Part shown: positions 36,431 to 46,965 of the stretch, piece by piece | Position numbering within the stretch: position 1 is the first letter of the stretch | How the letters are laid out: each line of letters starts with the position of its first letter | The notes under the pieces: generated by a model | Told to the model about the DNA's origin: nothing | The model's input: the letters and a program-made list of their open reading frames with translations, nothing else | Databases searched by the model: none | Origin: a virus | Direction: 5' to 3' (one strand) | IMG/VR virus record: IMGVR_UViG_3300044535_002275 | Span: 95,511 to 159,510 of that record | Length of the DNA stretch: 64,000 nucleotides | Position numbers and translations under genes: made by a program

Positions 36431-36744
36431 AGTTCTTGATCAAAGTCCTGTTCATCGGCTACAAGATAACTGGTTACCTGTGGTTCTTCGTAGTTGGTTG
36501 CACTTTCCTTGCTGGGATGTCGAATTGTTACAACATATCCACCCATGACTGATTTGATGTCAATTCTCAAACCGGTTTCAAGCCTATGTGTGTCAACGGC
36601 TGAAGGAAATGGTACTTCATTACCCCCATCTCGATAAAGACGATCTACGGCATCTTGTTCAACCTTCCATTCCGGATGTAGAATGTTGGCACGATGCCAA
36701 CACCAACGAGCTTTATTATAGAACCAACGATCGAACCATCTCAT
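36394..36744 (-). CDS. hypothetical protein
   Basis: MRWFDRWF. Confidence 0.7.
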   Translation of the reverse strand: MRWFDRWFYNKARWCWHRANILHPEWKVEQDAVDRLYRDGGNEVPFPSAVDTHRLETGLRIDIKSVMGGYVVTIRHPSKESATNYEEPQVTSYLVADEQDFDQELCRILTMERLKQ

Positions 36745-36745
36745 G

Positions 36746-37477
36746 TCATTTGCTCTGTGCAGGCAAGATATAATTGTACTCAGCAATACCAGAATTAACT
36801 GTGATCATTGCAGCACCGTCGTCGCTGATACGTACAATCTTGTCACCGGTGAGATCCATAATGCTGATAAATTGTTTGACTGGCCAACTCCACGTGCGTT
36901 TTAATGCTCCGGAAACACCGGGCTGAAATACAAATTCACCAGCATGAGTTGAATGATCACCAAAAGAAAATTTCAAATCGCCTTTGTCAGTTTTGGCTTG
37001 AAATGTATTTTCTTCAGCATTGGCAGATGCTTGCATTTTAAGTCTTTGAATACCAGCCACAGTAGGTTCAAATTCCACGTGCCATGTAACGCCTTTGAAC
37101 TTGGCTGTTTTTAATTTTTCGTTTGCAATTTCGGCAGTCATAAATCTATAGTCGTTTTCGAAATCTCCAGTTGAGTTTTCGAAATGCAGTCCCGACAGCA
37201 TATCTATGCCGTTGCGATTTTGCTTTAGTACGTTGATACGAGCATTTTCTCGATACTCACCGAGATTAAGCAGAATTTTAAGTTTGTTGAGATTCGGCAT
37301 TCCAAAAACACCAATAAACTCAGCAACTGGCACTAAAAATTTACCTTCAACTACTACCGAAAGATCTTCGGCAACAGAGTTAATCAAAGTTTCATTCTGG
37401 TCACCAGTAATTTTAACTATATCGATGCAACCTAAGTCGTATGTGTGTTCTACTAAGTCTAATAAGTAATCTTTCAT
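36746..37477 (-). CDS. sliding clamp (gp45-like)
   Basis: 243 aa, FGMPNLNKL, ends YNYILPA, near the polymerase. Confidence 0.7.
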   Translation of the reverse strand: MKDYLLDLVEHTYDLGCIDIVKITGDQNETLINSVAEDLSVVVEGKFLVPVAEFIGVFGMPNLNKLKILLNLGEYRENARINVLKQNRNGIDMLSGLHFENSTGDFENDYRFMTAEIANEKLKTAKFKGVTWHVEFEPTVAGIQRLKMQASANAEENTFQAKTDKGDLKFSFGDHSTHAGEFVFQPGVSGALKRTWSWPVKQFISIMDLTGDKIVRISDDGAAMITVNSGIAEYNYILPAQSK

Positions 37478-37521
37478 GAGTTCTCCAAGGAATAATTTGA
37501 TGTTATTTAGATCAATAATAT

Positions 37522-37550
37522 ATTTTACATTTTTTATTAAGCAGTGTCAA
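37522..37550 (-). promoter_or_regulatory. sigma70 promoter
   Basis: TTGACA-17-TAAAAT. Confidence 0.7.
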
Positions 37551-37561
37551 CAGTTACATGC

Positions 37562-38500
37562 TCATTTAGGCATGACTGTGGCCAATGTCTGTCCGCCACG
37601 AATGCTGGTTAATTCACCAGGCTTGCGCAATTCTAACCAGGTATTAGCCGAGTCTATTTTAAAACGCTGCTGCAATTCGAATCCGGCTGACTGTGCGGCT
37701 GTTAATACAGCATGCCCTGGTGTGTAGCACATAAAACTTCTTTCGGCTAAGTCTACTCCGCCGGCTCGATCGCAGTCATTGAATGACATGGCCAACGTAC
37801 CACCGGGTTTGAGCCTGCTGAAAATTTCCACTATGTAGGCTTGAATAATTTCAATAGGTTTAAAATTGAAAAAATAGTAGGCCAGACAAAAAGCAAATTG
37901 ACCAGTTGGTAAATCTGTCAGTATAGGAGCATCAACTGATTCAGTTACTGCATAAGTTCTCAGCCTTCTTTGGTATTGATCGTTGAATCTCAACACAGCA
38001 GGATCTAGTAATTTAAGATCAGTATCAACTAGATACAACGGATCGCATCCTACCAACAGATTAATCCATTCTTCGTGTCCAGGTCGAATAATCATTCCAG
38101 CATGGTGCCAGTCACCGTGTGCTTGTATACGTGCTGTAAGAAATTCTCTAGTTTCTTTGTCAATTTGGTATCGACGGCTCAATGTGTGTTCTATAGAATC
38201 GTACGCAGTCATTTCCTGATATAGTTCAGAGCTTTTGATATAGTAAGACGGTTCGTGCTGACGAATCATTGTTGTAATATTTTCTTTAACTTCGTCTAAT
38301 GTTTGATCAATGTCAACTAAACAGTCAAGTACTCGGTTGTACTGTTGTTGTAGACGTTCAGTTAAATTAGAGAACTGTAAATCATTGGTCTTGACTGTAT
38401 GCAATACCGGAGCCAAAGTTTCATGAGCAATAGGCGCAGTATCTAACGGTGTCATGTCGTCAAGAATGGCTTTATAAGCAAGAAGAGAACTTAGTTTCAT
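37562..38500 (-). CDS. methyltransferase-fold protein
   Basis: LYLVD, RLKPGG; N-terminal coiled coil. Confidence 0.65.
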   Translation of the reverse strand: MKLSSLLAYKAILDDMTPLDTAPIAHETLAPVLHTVKTNDLQFSNLTERLQQQYNRVLDCLVDIDQTLDEVKENITTMIRQHEPSYYIKSSELYQEMTAYDSIEHTLSRRYQIDKETREFLTARIQAHGDWHHAGMIIRPGHEEWINLLVGCDPLYLVDTDLKLLDPAVLRFNDQYQRRLRTYAVTESVDAPILTDLPTGQFAFCLAYYFFNFKPIEIIQAYIVEIFSRLKPGGTLAMSFNDCDRAGGVDLAERSFMCYTPGHAVLTAAQSAGFELQQRFKIDSANTWLELRKPGELTSIRGGQTLATVMPK

Positions 38501-41157
38501 TAGAACTCAAACAATGATTGAAATGTATTGTCGGTATTGGTAGCAGAACCTAAATCCCAGTCTAGCACTCCTAGTAAGTTATCTACCTTACCGTCAATTA
38601 CAGTGGCTTCCATTTCGGCGTCGTTAAACGGCAGTTCACAAAACCATTTGGGTAAATGTTTTTCATCAGTGGGATAAGCGATACTTGTCCATCCCAATGG
38701 ATTAGATTTTAATTTACAGACAATAACTTTCATGCCATCAACAATGGACATAGAATAATTGTCGCTGTTCATCCGGCGTAGATTGTTCCAGTTTAGTGCT
38801 GCTCGCACATGTCCTGGCATGTTAGCTTTGCCTTCTTTTGCTTCTTTATTGCCGTACATGGTCAAGTTATTGACTCTCTTAGGAGAGCCTTTTTCCCACC
38901 CCGGTCTTTCTTTGAACAGAATTTTAAAATCTCGAATTTTTTCAATAATATCCTGTTTGTCAACACCAACTAGAGTGTCTGTCAAAATACCGCTTAAGAA
39001 TTCTTGTATGACTTTCGGAGTGTCACTACGCTTGAGATCCAACCCCATGGCCTTAACTTTACCGGGCTTACCGTTACCGTCTAATCTCTTGCCTTCTTTG
39101 TCGACGATCATAACAGCATAGCGTTTCTTAGTAATGAACAAACCTTTACTGGCCACAATTTCTCGTCCGCCGCGAATTACAGCACCCATGTCTCTGGGAC
39201 AATGAAAGGCCTGTTCCATAAAACCCGGAAAACTTTGATTAACTTGTTCGGCAATTGAATCATACAAAGAAATAGCAGTTTCTTTCGACCATTCCATGCG
39301 ACCTTGCACGATATCGTCTTTGAGTACGGGCCAAGCACTAAAGTAGCAGGAGTCAGTGTCGCCATAAATGATAGCATCACCCACATGATCGTATTTGCCA
39401 GTGATACATTCGTTGACATGTGCGTCCATATGCTTGGCAATACTACGACCAGTCAACGTAGTTGATTGACCGATTCTTTTGTCAAAGAATCTACACCCTG
39501 GATTAAGAATAGCACCATACAAACTGTTTAGATTAATTTTCTTAACTAACTGTCTTTTATCCCAGTATTCCTCATCTTCTTTAGTTTCACAAGACTTGAG
39601 CTTGGCCTGCATCTCCTTACGTTCGGCATACCAGCGTTTGAGTAGTCCGGGAATAATACCTTCTTTTTCGTAAGTGAAGATCGTGCCATTGGCACTGAGA
39701 ATCCAAGGCTTGTTGCTGTCAAAAATCATAGGCCAGACTTCAGCCGCTGAATGAATTGTTTCAGCGCCATCACTCCAATCTACAGTGATCTCGGTTCCAC
39801 GCTGCATTTCCATGACAGCATTATACTCGAGTGTAGCAAACAGGCCTTCCCAGGCGGCCGCAAAACTCATACCTCGTCTGATGCGCTCGTTGATATATTG
39901 ATCAGTCAGCACTGGTCGTAACTGCCCTACAATAGTTTCAGGACCCATGTTTAGTGCTCTAATAGCAGACGGATACAAACTGTTGATGTCGATGGATCCG
40001 ATGTATTGATGTATACCTTTTTTTGGATAAGCAACGTAAGCACCTGCAGCTTGTGTATCTTCGGAATCACTATACTGCCTTCGATTAGGTACCACCATGC
40101 CACGAGCATGAGCTTCGTTAATGATAGCTTGTTCAGTTACGGCTACAGCACCCATTGTGGTTGGCAACAACACTGTATTTTCGTGTGCCAGTGTGTTGGC
40201 AAGATCCATGAATCTCAGTTTCTTGTCAATCTTGTTTACCAGTGCAACGTCTTGTCTGTTATACTCAATAAACTTTTTAAAGTCGTTGTTGTAGAGTTGA
40301 TCCAGTGTGCCTTCGTATGCAGTTTTTGATCCTAATTCTTCATATTCACCAATGGCATCTAAACTGTAGCTGTGTCTCTCTTCGTATGTGTACTTGCGAT
40401 ACAGTTGCATATAGTCCATGTGTACTCGGCCTACGATGTCAAATGTAAGACTTTCTTTACCGTAGCGTTCAAAAGTTCTAGGTTTGGGCAACTGACCCCA
40501 CAAGCAGAATCTTCTTGTGTCGTCTTTGCTTAGTACCCTGGTGATTCGATTAACAGTATAAGGGATGTCATAACCTTCGCTATTCCAGCCAGTTAAGATA
40601 TCAGCATCGTCGATCAGGTTTAGGAAAGTATCCAGCATTTCTGCTTCATTATTGAACATGAAAGTGTTACTAAATTCCGCAGCAATCTCATTGGCAGTTT
40701 CCATGCTCATGCTGCGAGGTGGAATAGCCAACGTGATCATTTGATCCAACCAATCTAAGTAAACTGAGATTGCAGTGATGGGATTAAACGCTTCTTCGGT
40801 GCTGCTGAACCCTCTCTCGGCATCGAAATCAGTTTCAATGTCAAAAAACGCTGTGTGCAGCTTCGGCGCATCGCTGCCTTGATAATTTTCTTCAAGGCAG
40901 CGAAAAACCGGATTAATATCACTTTCATAGATATTTTTACCGGAGTGCATGCGTAGTTCTTTTCGAAACTCTTTGTTGTTGCGACTGGAAAAACGTGACA
41001 CAGGTGTTCCATAAATGCTGCGAAACTTGCCACGAGGATCGTCGTGATAAAAAATATAAGTAGCTGGAAATTCTTGATAGTAACGTTCGCCGTTACGTCG
41101 GCCTACAACATGAATTCGATCTTTGTCTCGATCGAAAAGTGCGTCAATATAACTCAA
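38500..41157 (-). CDS. family B DNA polymerase (gp43-like), TTG start
   Basis: FDIET, DINSLYPS, KINLNSLYG, YGDTDS, KKRY. Confidence 0.97.
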   Translation of the reverse strand: MSYIDALFDRDKDRIHVVGRRNGERYYQEFPATYIFYHDDPRGKFRSIYGTPVSRFSSRNNKEFRKELRMHSGKNIYESDINPVFRCLEENYQGSDAPKLHTAFFDIETDFDAERGFSSTEEAFNPITAISVYLDWLDQMITLAIPPRSMSMETANEIAAEFSNTFMFNNEAEMLDTFLNLIDDADILTGWNSEGYDIPYTVNRITRVLSKDDTRRFCLWGQLPKPRTFERYGKESLTFDIVGRVHMDYMQLYRKYTYEERHSYSLDAIGEYEELGSKTAYEGTLDQLYNNDFKKFIEYNRQDVALVNKIDKKLRFMDLANTLAHENTVLLPTTMGAVAVTEQAIINEAHARGMVVPNRRQYSDSEDTQAAGAYVAYPKKGIHQYIGSIDINSLYPSAIRALNMGPETIVGQLRPVLTDQYINERIRRGMSFAAAWEGLFATLEYNAVMEMQRGTEITVDWSDGAETIHSAAEVWPMIFDSNKPWILSANGTIFTYEKEGIIPGLLKRWYAERKEMQAKLKSCETKEDEEYWDKRQLVKKINLNSLYGAILNPGCRFFDKRIGQSTTLTGRSIAKHMDAHVNECITGKYDHVGDAIIYGDTDSCYFSAWPVLKDDIVQGRMEWSKETAISLYDSIAEQVNQSFPGFMEQAFHCPRDMGAVIRGGREIVASKGLFITKKRYAVMIVDKEGKRLDGNGKPGKVKAMGLDLKRSDTPKVIQEFLSGILTDTLVGVDKQDIIEKIRDFKILFKERPGWEKGSPKRVNNLTMYGNKEAKEGKANMPGHVRAALNWNNLRRMNSDNYSMSIVDGMKVIVCKLKSNPLGWTSIAYPTDEKHLPKWFCELPFNDAEMEATVIDGKVDNLLGVLDWDLGSATNTDNTFQSLFEF

Positions 41158-41219
41158 AAATTTCTCCTAAATGGATTATGGCCCATTAACCTTCTGCATG
41201 TCCTTGAGGCGGACGATTC

Positions 41220-41522
41220 CTATAACGTGATTAATCTGATCAGTGCTGCTATGTCGATACTTATTAGCAAAATATAATTGCCTAACATTCCAAGACTTTG
41301 TCGTGTCCAAGCTGCCCACGCAAATATTCCGCATTGTACAATAAACATAGGATACAGCAACAAAAATGGTGGATGTGGCAATGTAAAAGCCATTATCAAA
41401 CTACAGGCAATGCTAGTAGCCCAAGCAACAACTTCTAATATAAATCTCAAAGGCCATACTCGAAAGTCTTTTTCAGCCCAGTTTAATATATCATGTGCAA
41501 AATTGCGTAACCAAACTGTCAC
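41220..41522 (-). CDS. small membrane protein
   Basis: three hydrophobic segments. Confidence 0.7.
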   Translation of the reverse strand: MTVWLRNFAHDILNWAEKDFRVWPLRFILEVVAWATSIACSLIMAFTLPHPPFLLLYPMFIVQCGIFAWAAWTRQSLGMLGNYILLISIDIAALIRLITL

Positions 41523-41776
41523 AGAGTTTTGCCCACTGTGGTTAGAATAGTTTCTAGCAATTCGTGATCCTGTTGCTCTTTGCCAAACTCAGCCTTGTGT
41601 GCCAATCTAATGGCTTTTTTAAGAATGTTGGGTTTGATTTCTAATTCCTCAGCTACAGCTTTGATAGTGTCACTGAGCCCGGAGTTGAGAGTTTCAACTT
41701 CGTGCATGACTTGCATGCCTTCATTGATCATCTGAGTAAGCTTGGCTTTTTGTTCGCTGCTGAAAGTACGGTCCAT
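41519..41776 (-). CDS. dsDNA-binding protein (T4 DsbA/GapR-like)
   Basis: helical, LEIKPNILKKAIRLAHK. Confidence 0.65.
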   Translation of the reverse strand: MDRTFSSEQKAKLTQMINEGMQVMHEVETLNSGLSDTIKAVAEELEIKPNILKKAIRLAHKAEFGKEQQDHELLETILTTVGKTL

Positions 41777-41821
41777 TATTATTTCCTTAAAAGTTAAATT
41801 ATAGAGTGTTTTTTAATAAAT

Positions 41822-42727
41822 TTAAATCTTTTTGAGTAAGTCTGTATCAAAATTCACAGACAGTTGGTCTGTGTACTTCTTAATTATACCGCCAATTACT
41901 AATTGTCTATTTTGTCTTAATCGGTCTGACATTTGATGTCTTAGATCAGAAACATATAGCAAGTCTGTTAGTAATCGTCGATTTGCATCCAGTGCCTGTT
42001 GTATACGTGTTATTGGATCCGACAGATGTTGATAGCTGTGGTCAACTATGTCGTCAAAAGTATCAAAGCCTATATTCTTCCAGAGGTCAGCTTGTTTCCG
42101 ACCTCCTAGCCAAATTGGAAAATTTAAACTTAACATAGCCCAAAGAGTTTTTTCTGTAAACGTCATGTTATCATGCCATTCTGGCTCGATAGTCTCGGTT
42201 ATCAATGCCACTGCGGATCTGTCAAAAACGTTATCTCTTAAAAAACTATTATAGTCAGCTACATTATTATACACTAATTGTCTTGCTGGACCAAAGTATT
42301 TTGGCTTAACACCATCACTAAAGTCGTTGGTTCCGGAATAGATATAACTGCTAGTAGTTAAACCTTTGTCTAGCAGTTCTGCTGCTATCATTTGACGCAG
42401 CAATCTAGGTTTATAAATCATAAAATTGAAACAATCTATAGTGCTTACGTTGTTGTTTAATATCGGATGGCCGTAGTTGAAATCACAAAATACACTAAGC
42501 CAGACTGGGGCAAATACTGTTTCTCTATGACTACCCACTGGCAACCAAAAAAAATCTTGAAATATCTTGGTGTGTTGACAACCGCGCTGATCAAGTAATA
42601 GGTCAAGATCGACTGGATTGTAATGGTCTGAGACTCTGACCCAGTCTGTGTTACTTGATAGTTCTTGCTTGGCAGTTAATGTGGGTCCGTGTATATTAAC
42701 AACTGATAGAGTTTTGTGGTCGGCCAT
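41822..42727 (-). CDS. hypothetical protein, transferase-like
   Basis: LITET...FTEKT...GFDTF, shared with 44707-45804. Confidence 0.6.
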   Translation of the reverse strand: MADHKTLSVVNIHGPTLTAKQELSSNTDWVRVSDHYNPVDLDLLLDQRGCQHTKIFQDFFWLPVGSHRETVFAPVWLSVFCDFNYGHPILNNNVSTIDCFNFMIYKPRLLRQMIAAELLDKGLTTSSYIYSGTNDFSDGVKPKYFGPARQLVYNNVADYNSFLRDNVFDRSAVALITETIEPEWHDNMTFTEKTLWAMLSLNFPIWLGGRKQADLWKNIGFDTFDDIVDHSYQHLSDPITRIQQALDANRRLLTDLLYVSDLRHQMSDRLRQNRQLVIGGIIKKYTDQLSVNFDTDLLKKI

Positions 42728-43856
42728 TTCTATGCAAGTCGTTGGTTACGCAATGAATACCACAGTCCCAGAAATACTTGTGCCTAAACGGAACCACGTG
42801 TACTTCGATACCTCGTTTAGCACAAGCTGCTTCAACTTGATCGTTGTGAGTAGACACTACAATATTTTTTGGATTTACTATTAAAATGTTAACATCAAAA
42901 ACAGTTTCCGAAACTTGGCCGACCCACTCATCAAAATAGTGATCTACCATGTTGATCATGTTGGTATCTTTTTCAAATCCCGGAACAAACCAGCGACCTT
43001 TGTTGTGACGCATACTGGATTCAAATTTTCGCATGTGACTGTAATTACTAGGCGGCAAATAAACAACCTCCCAATCTGGAAATGTGTCAGCATAAGTAGG
43101 CACATCATTGAGACTAACAATCAAGCCCGGTGTTATAGGACAATAAACAGCATCGCCGTGGCCGCCGGCGTTGACAACATGATTCCGAGTATTGGGGAAT
43201 AATTCGTTGACCTGATTTAAAATTTCCTGTTTATTGTCGTAGTAGGTTTGTGTTGCAAAAAATAAATCATTGCCGATCCTGCTAACAAAACAACCGTTGA
43301 TAAAATCTAGTTCTGTTTTTATAATTTCTGTGCCGCTGTTGTTAATTTTGTCAAACACATGATTGTAAAAATTTAATTTAGCATCAAGATGCAGTTGATC
43401 CATTTGCTTGAATTTTTCAAATTTCTCACTGATTTCCTGCTGAAACTCCGGATAGTGATTATAAAAATCCACAGGCCTTACAAAGTCCGGCCACCAGTCC
43501 TGTTTGTTCTGACGATAAAATACACTCCAGGCATGGCTGGCATTAGGTACAGAAGGAATCCAGAATTTGTCTTGAATCATAATAAAATAATCACGCGGAG
43601 CCGTTGGTGGCTGCACCCATTTTCCATTGATGTACAGTTCGTTGAGATCGTCTGGAAACTCCGGTCTCGTGACTTCTACATCAAACTTGTTTAATAATTT
43701 TATCAGTGTTTGATAGTCTTCTTCAGTTTCTTCAGCAAGTTTTTCAAATTTTTTGCGAGTCTTGGAATTCTCTATCCAAGAATAGAATTCAGGAGGGTAT
43801 GTTTTTCCAACAAGACAAACTTGTAAAGGATCCCAGTGTTGATATACATTATACAT
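42696..43856 (-). CDS. amidinotransferase
   Basis: WDPL, PRD, HGDA, DCGIHCVT. Confidence 0.85.
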   Translation of the reverse strand: MYNVYQHWDPLQVCLVGKTYPPEFYSWIENSKTRKKFEKLAEETEEDYQTLIKLLNKFDVEVTRPEFPDDLNELYINGKWVQPPTAPRDYFIMIQDKFWIPSVPNASHAWSVFYRQNKQDWWPDFVRPVDFYNHYPEFQQEISEKFEKFKQMDQLHLDAKLNFYNHVFDKINNSGTEIIKTELDFINGCFVSRIGNDLFFATQTYYDNKQEILNQVNELFPNTRNHVVNAGGHGDAVYCPITPGLIVSLNDVPTYADTFPDWEVVYLPPSNYSHMRKFESSMRHNKGRWFVPGFEKDTNMINMVDHYFDEWVGQVSETVFDVNILIVNPKNIVVSTHNDQVEAACAKRGIEVHVVPFRHKYFWDCGIHCVTNDLHRNGRPQNSISC

Positions 43857-44706
43857 TTTTTATCTTTTTAAAAGTTACAGTAGTTTGATGGTCAACAATG
43901 CTTGAGTGATCTTGATTGGTAGGACACTGGCGACACAGTTGATGTGGTTTTCCGAAATTATTAATAAATTTATTCAAATCTTGCTCAGAACAATTGTTGT
44001 CGAGTCCGGCATCGATATAAGGGTTCCATAGGTCATAATTTGGATAATCGTATCTTTGCAGCAGCTCCGGCGTAAGACCGACAGTTCCACATTTGTAGAT
44101 ACGACCATTATATAGCAACGGGCAACGCTGTTGTACACAAAAATCAAAAGCTTCTGCTGGATTATTATTGTGCGGCTGCATATTATGGTACTCGCCTTGA
44201 AACGTTTTTAAAAATTGTGTAGGTTTTGCAATTTGAAATCTTAGATTATGTTTGCGTCCCCACCGCTTAATTCCAAATTCTTCAACCGGTTCCCAATCCC
44301 AGGCTGAAAATATCTTCTCTACAACTGAATTGATTCGATCGTCGTTGACATGCTGACTGATTTTTAATACTGTGTTGCCAAGATCTTGAAGTAGTTCTAC
44401 AATGTGCCAGTTGCGTTCTAGAAGTAGACCATTGGTGACAAAGCGTATCTGTGCCGATGGTAATATTTGACGCATACCAATCAACCAATCTGTAATTTGT
44501 GGATTAATCAACGGTTCTCCGCCCATTACCCCAATTGCTTGAATTTCTAATCTCTTAGTCCAAGGTTCAAGCCAATTCTTGCCCTGGTCCCAGGTTGTAT
44601 ACCCGGAATATTTTAAATCTGAAAATGTAGTACATCCCTGGCAACTCAGATTGCAGGTTCTAATTATCAATATTTCTAAGAAGGGTAGTATAGGAAGTTG
44701 ATTCAT
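43849..44706 (-). CDS. radical SAM protein
   Basis: CNLSCQGC, GGEPL, TNG. Confidence 0.9.
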   Translation of the reverse strand: MNQLPILPFLEILIIRTCNLSCQGCTTFSDLKYSGYTTWDQGKNWLEPWTKRLEIQAIGVMGGEPLINPQITDWLIGMRQILPSAQIRFVTNGLLLERNWHIVELLQDLGNTVLKISQHVNDDRINSVVEKIFSAWDWEPVEEFGIKRWGRKHNLRFQIAKPTQFLKTFQGEYHNMQPHNNNPAEAFDFCVQQRCPLLYNGRIYKCGTVGLTPELLQRYDYPNYDLWNPYIDAGLDNNCSEQDLNKFINNFGKPHQLCRQCPTNQDHSSIVDHQTTVTFKKIKNV

Positions 44707-45804
44707 TTATTCTAATACATTTATCATGATTTCCAGGCTGTTTTTATTAAATTCTTCAGCGCAGCGATAAAAACCTCCTGAAACAATCCAGTGTTTATTG
44801 TGCAAACAAGAATCCCTGGTTTGTTGATAAAGATCGTTGGTAGTAATATTATTCAAAGATTTTATAGTGTTAGTCAACTTGACAAGACGGTCTAAGTCAC
44901 CCACTATCAGATCAAAAGAAAGGTCAAGACTGTAGTTAAATTTAAATCCAAATTTCTCAAGAGTCTGATATGTATTCGACTGTCCATTGGCCAAAAACGC
45001 AGTTTCCCCTAACAAACATTTAAGAGTTTTTTCTGTTATAAAAGGTCCCGGTAACTGACGATCTACAAGTAACGAATAGTTCCAACTTTCGTTGGTAATG
45101 TTTATTGCAGCACTTTGATAGGCTAAATGATGATAATCGTACAACAAGGTTATATTATTTTTTTCAACAACAAACTTGTTGTCCAGTGTTTTTTGATAAA
45201 CTTCGAATTTTTCTAAAAAAAGATTTTTGTAAAAATTAACAATTTCATTGTCAGTATCTTGCCAATTATGAACATTTTTATTTTCAATCCAGTTGTGTAA
45301 ACTGTAGTAAACATCGTTGTAATCGATGTGTTCGAGCACAGCAGACAATGCAACTGATTTGCTATAAGTTACTCGGTTAGTAAGAACACTGACTTTTTTG
45401 TCAACGGATTTTACAACATCGGATCCAAACTGTTTTAACATTCGATTCAGCTGGTAATGCCATTCCACACAGGGTAGAAAATGTATGTTAGTGTAAGATT
45501 CAAAATAGTTGTAGCTGTTGGGCAAACAACAAACAAAAATTAAACCATCTACTAGATTGGCTTGACGTTCTATCCAACCGACATTGGGTCCTTCAGTTTT
45601 AATTAAGTAATAAGAATACCCATCGGGTAGATCCTTATGTTGAGTGTACCAATTGATGCTGGCCCAAAAAACATTCTTACCGATCAATGGTCTTAGAAAA
45701 TTCCAGTCGTGAAAATCAGTAGAGTCAGTTATTTCTTCCCAAATTTCTGGAAGAAAGAAATGATTTGAATTTTTGATCAATTTAAATCCTGTTGTATGTA
45801 ACAA
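44707..45804 (-). CDS. hypothetical protein, transferase-like
   Basis: ITNES...FITEKTLK; start uncertain. Confidence 0.65.
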   Translation of the reverse strand: MLHTTGFKLIKNSNHFFLPEIWEEITDSTDFHDWNFLRPLIGKNVFWASINWYTQHKDLPDGYSYYLIKTEGPNVGWIERQANLVDGLIFVCCLPNSYNYFESYTNIHFLPCVEWHYQLNRMLKQFGSDVVKSVDKKVSVLTNRVTYSKSVALSAVLEHIDYNDVYYSLHNWIENKNVHNWQDTDNEIVNFYKNLFLEKFEVYQKTLDNKFVVEKNNITLLYDYHHLAYQSAAINITNESWNYSLLVDRQLPGPFITEKTLKCLLGETAFLANGQSNTYQTLEKFGFKFNYSLDLSFDLIVGDLDRLVKLTNTIKSLNNITTNDLYQQTRDSCLHNKHWIVSGGFYRCAEEFNKNSLEIMINVLE

Positions 45805-45814
45805 TTATAACAGA

Positions 45815-45922
45815 TAAAAAAGAAAAATAAAACCCCCTGTTTTCAAAACAAGGGTAGCGAATCCTGTTTCGATGGCCGGGGGTGCCAGACGCCTTAGGCT
45901 GCTAACGCAGACGGTCCTAAGG
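45815..45922 (-). promoter_or_regulatory. structured GC-rich RNA ending in an intrinsic terminator (riboswitch-like)
   Basis: CCUUAGG/CCUAAGG stem; terminator CCCUUGUUU/AAACAGGGG plus long U tract; competing GAAACAGGA. Confidence 0.5.
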
Positions 45923-46627
45923 GGATGTTCTGATTTTAGCTAACTTCAGCCAAGACAAAGTTTTAATCCAAAACCAACCGATGTCAAATTCCCACCACAT
46001 GCGACTCAGCTTGGGATTGGCTGCATCCAAATGATGGTTATTATGTAATTCCTCACCGCCAATGACAATACCCCAGGGTATTAAATTGGTACTGCAATCC
46101 TTAGAGTCGCCGTTTCTGTATCCCCACCAATGTCCTAATCCGTTGACTACACCTGCTGCCCAAAACGGAATCCAAGCCATTTGCATCAGCCACATAACAA
46201 TACCCCATCCATTAAACAAGGCAGTTTCGATGATCAGCAACAACAAGACACCTACTACGCTGTAGCGACTGTAAACGTTGCGTTCCATCCAGTCGTTGGG
46301 TGTGGCATAGCCCAGTCGATCAACCATTTCTTGATCTTTAGAAGCTGAATTATACAACCAAGCACCGCCTAGCAACACACGCCAGATGCCGTGTATATGT
46401 GGACTATGAGGATCTCCAACTCGTTCACATTTTTGATGGTGTAATCTATGTACCGCTACCCACTCTTTAGTGACCATGCCTGTGGTCAACCATAGCCAAA
46501 AACGCATCACATGTGATACTGTAGGATGCAGTTCGACTGATCTGTGTGCTTGACTACGGTGTAGGAATATAGTCACTGACAATATAGTCAAGTGAGTCAT
46601 TATTAAAACCAAAATTAATTCTGTCAT
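45917..46627 (-). CDS. delta-9 fatty acid desaturase
   Basis: His boxes HRSQAH, HRLHH, HNNHH. Confidence 0.93.
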   Translation of the reverse strand: MTELILVLIMTHLTILSVTIFLHRSQAHRSVELHPTVSHVMRFWLWLTTGMVTKEWVAVHRLHHQKCERVGDPHSPHIHGIWRVLLGGAWLYNSASKDQEMVDRLGYATPNDWMERNVYSRYSVVGVLLLLIIETALFNGWGIVMWLMQMAWIPFWAAGVVNGLGHWWGYRNGDSKDCSTNLIPWGIVIGGEELHNNHHLDAANPKLSRMWWEFDIGWFWIKTLSWLKLAKIRTSP

Positions 46628-46965
46628 TTTCCGTCCTTGGCTAATCGAGCACCTTTGTTGAAACTGGGGCTATAGGGACTGTTGCCTTCTACACCGCCAC
46701 GGGCCTTGCTCCAAGCATAGCCAGCACGATGCCCCGAACAGTCTTTGGTACACTGACTGCCCAAGAATTTTAGTTCGTCCAATTGAGCCCGGGTCCACTC
46801 GTCGGGAATTGTTCCATGTTTTTCCACAAACAAATCGTGCAATTTTTTAGCAGTAATACCATGCTCACGAGCAATGGTCTGCATCATGTGATCTATTGCA
46901 TCATAACCGGTTGGATTTTTTAGATCTTTTTCCAATGCGCCCACTGCAAATTCTGCAGCTCTCAT
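46624..46965 (-). CDS. putative head-packaged protein
   Basis: MRAAEF start; CTKDCSGHRAGY module. Confidence 0.7.
   Translation of the reverse strand: MRAAEFAVGALEKDLKNPTGYDAIDHMMQTIAREHGITAKKLHDLFVEKHGTIPDEWTRAQLDELKFLGSQCTKDCSGHRAGYAWSKARGGVEGNSPYSPSFNKGARLAKDGK

Noticed and set aside
42696-43856. Amidinotransferase as archaeosine synthase
   Set aside because: It has the glycine amidinotransferase fold, not ArcS, QueF-L or GAT-QueC, and no queC is in the window.
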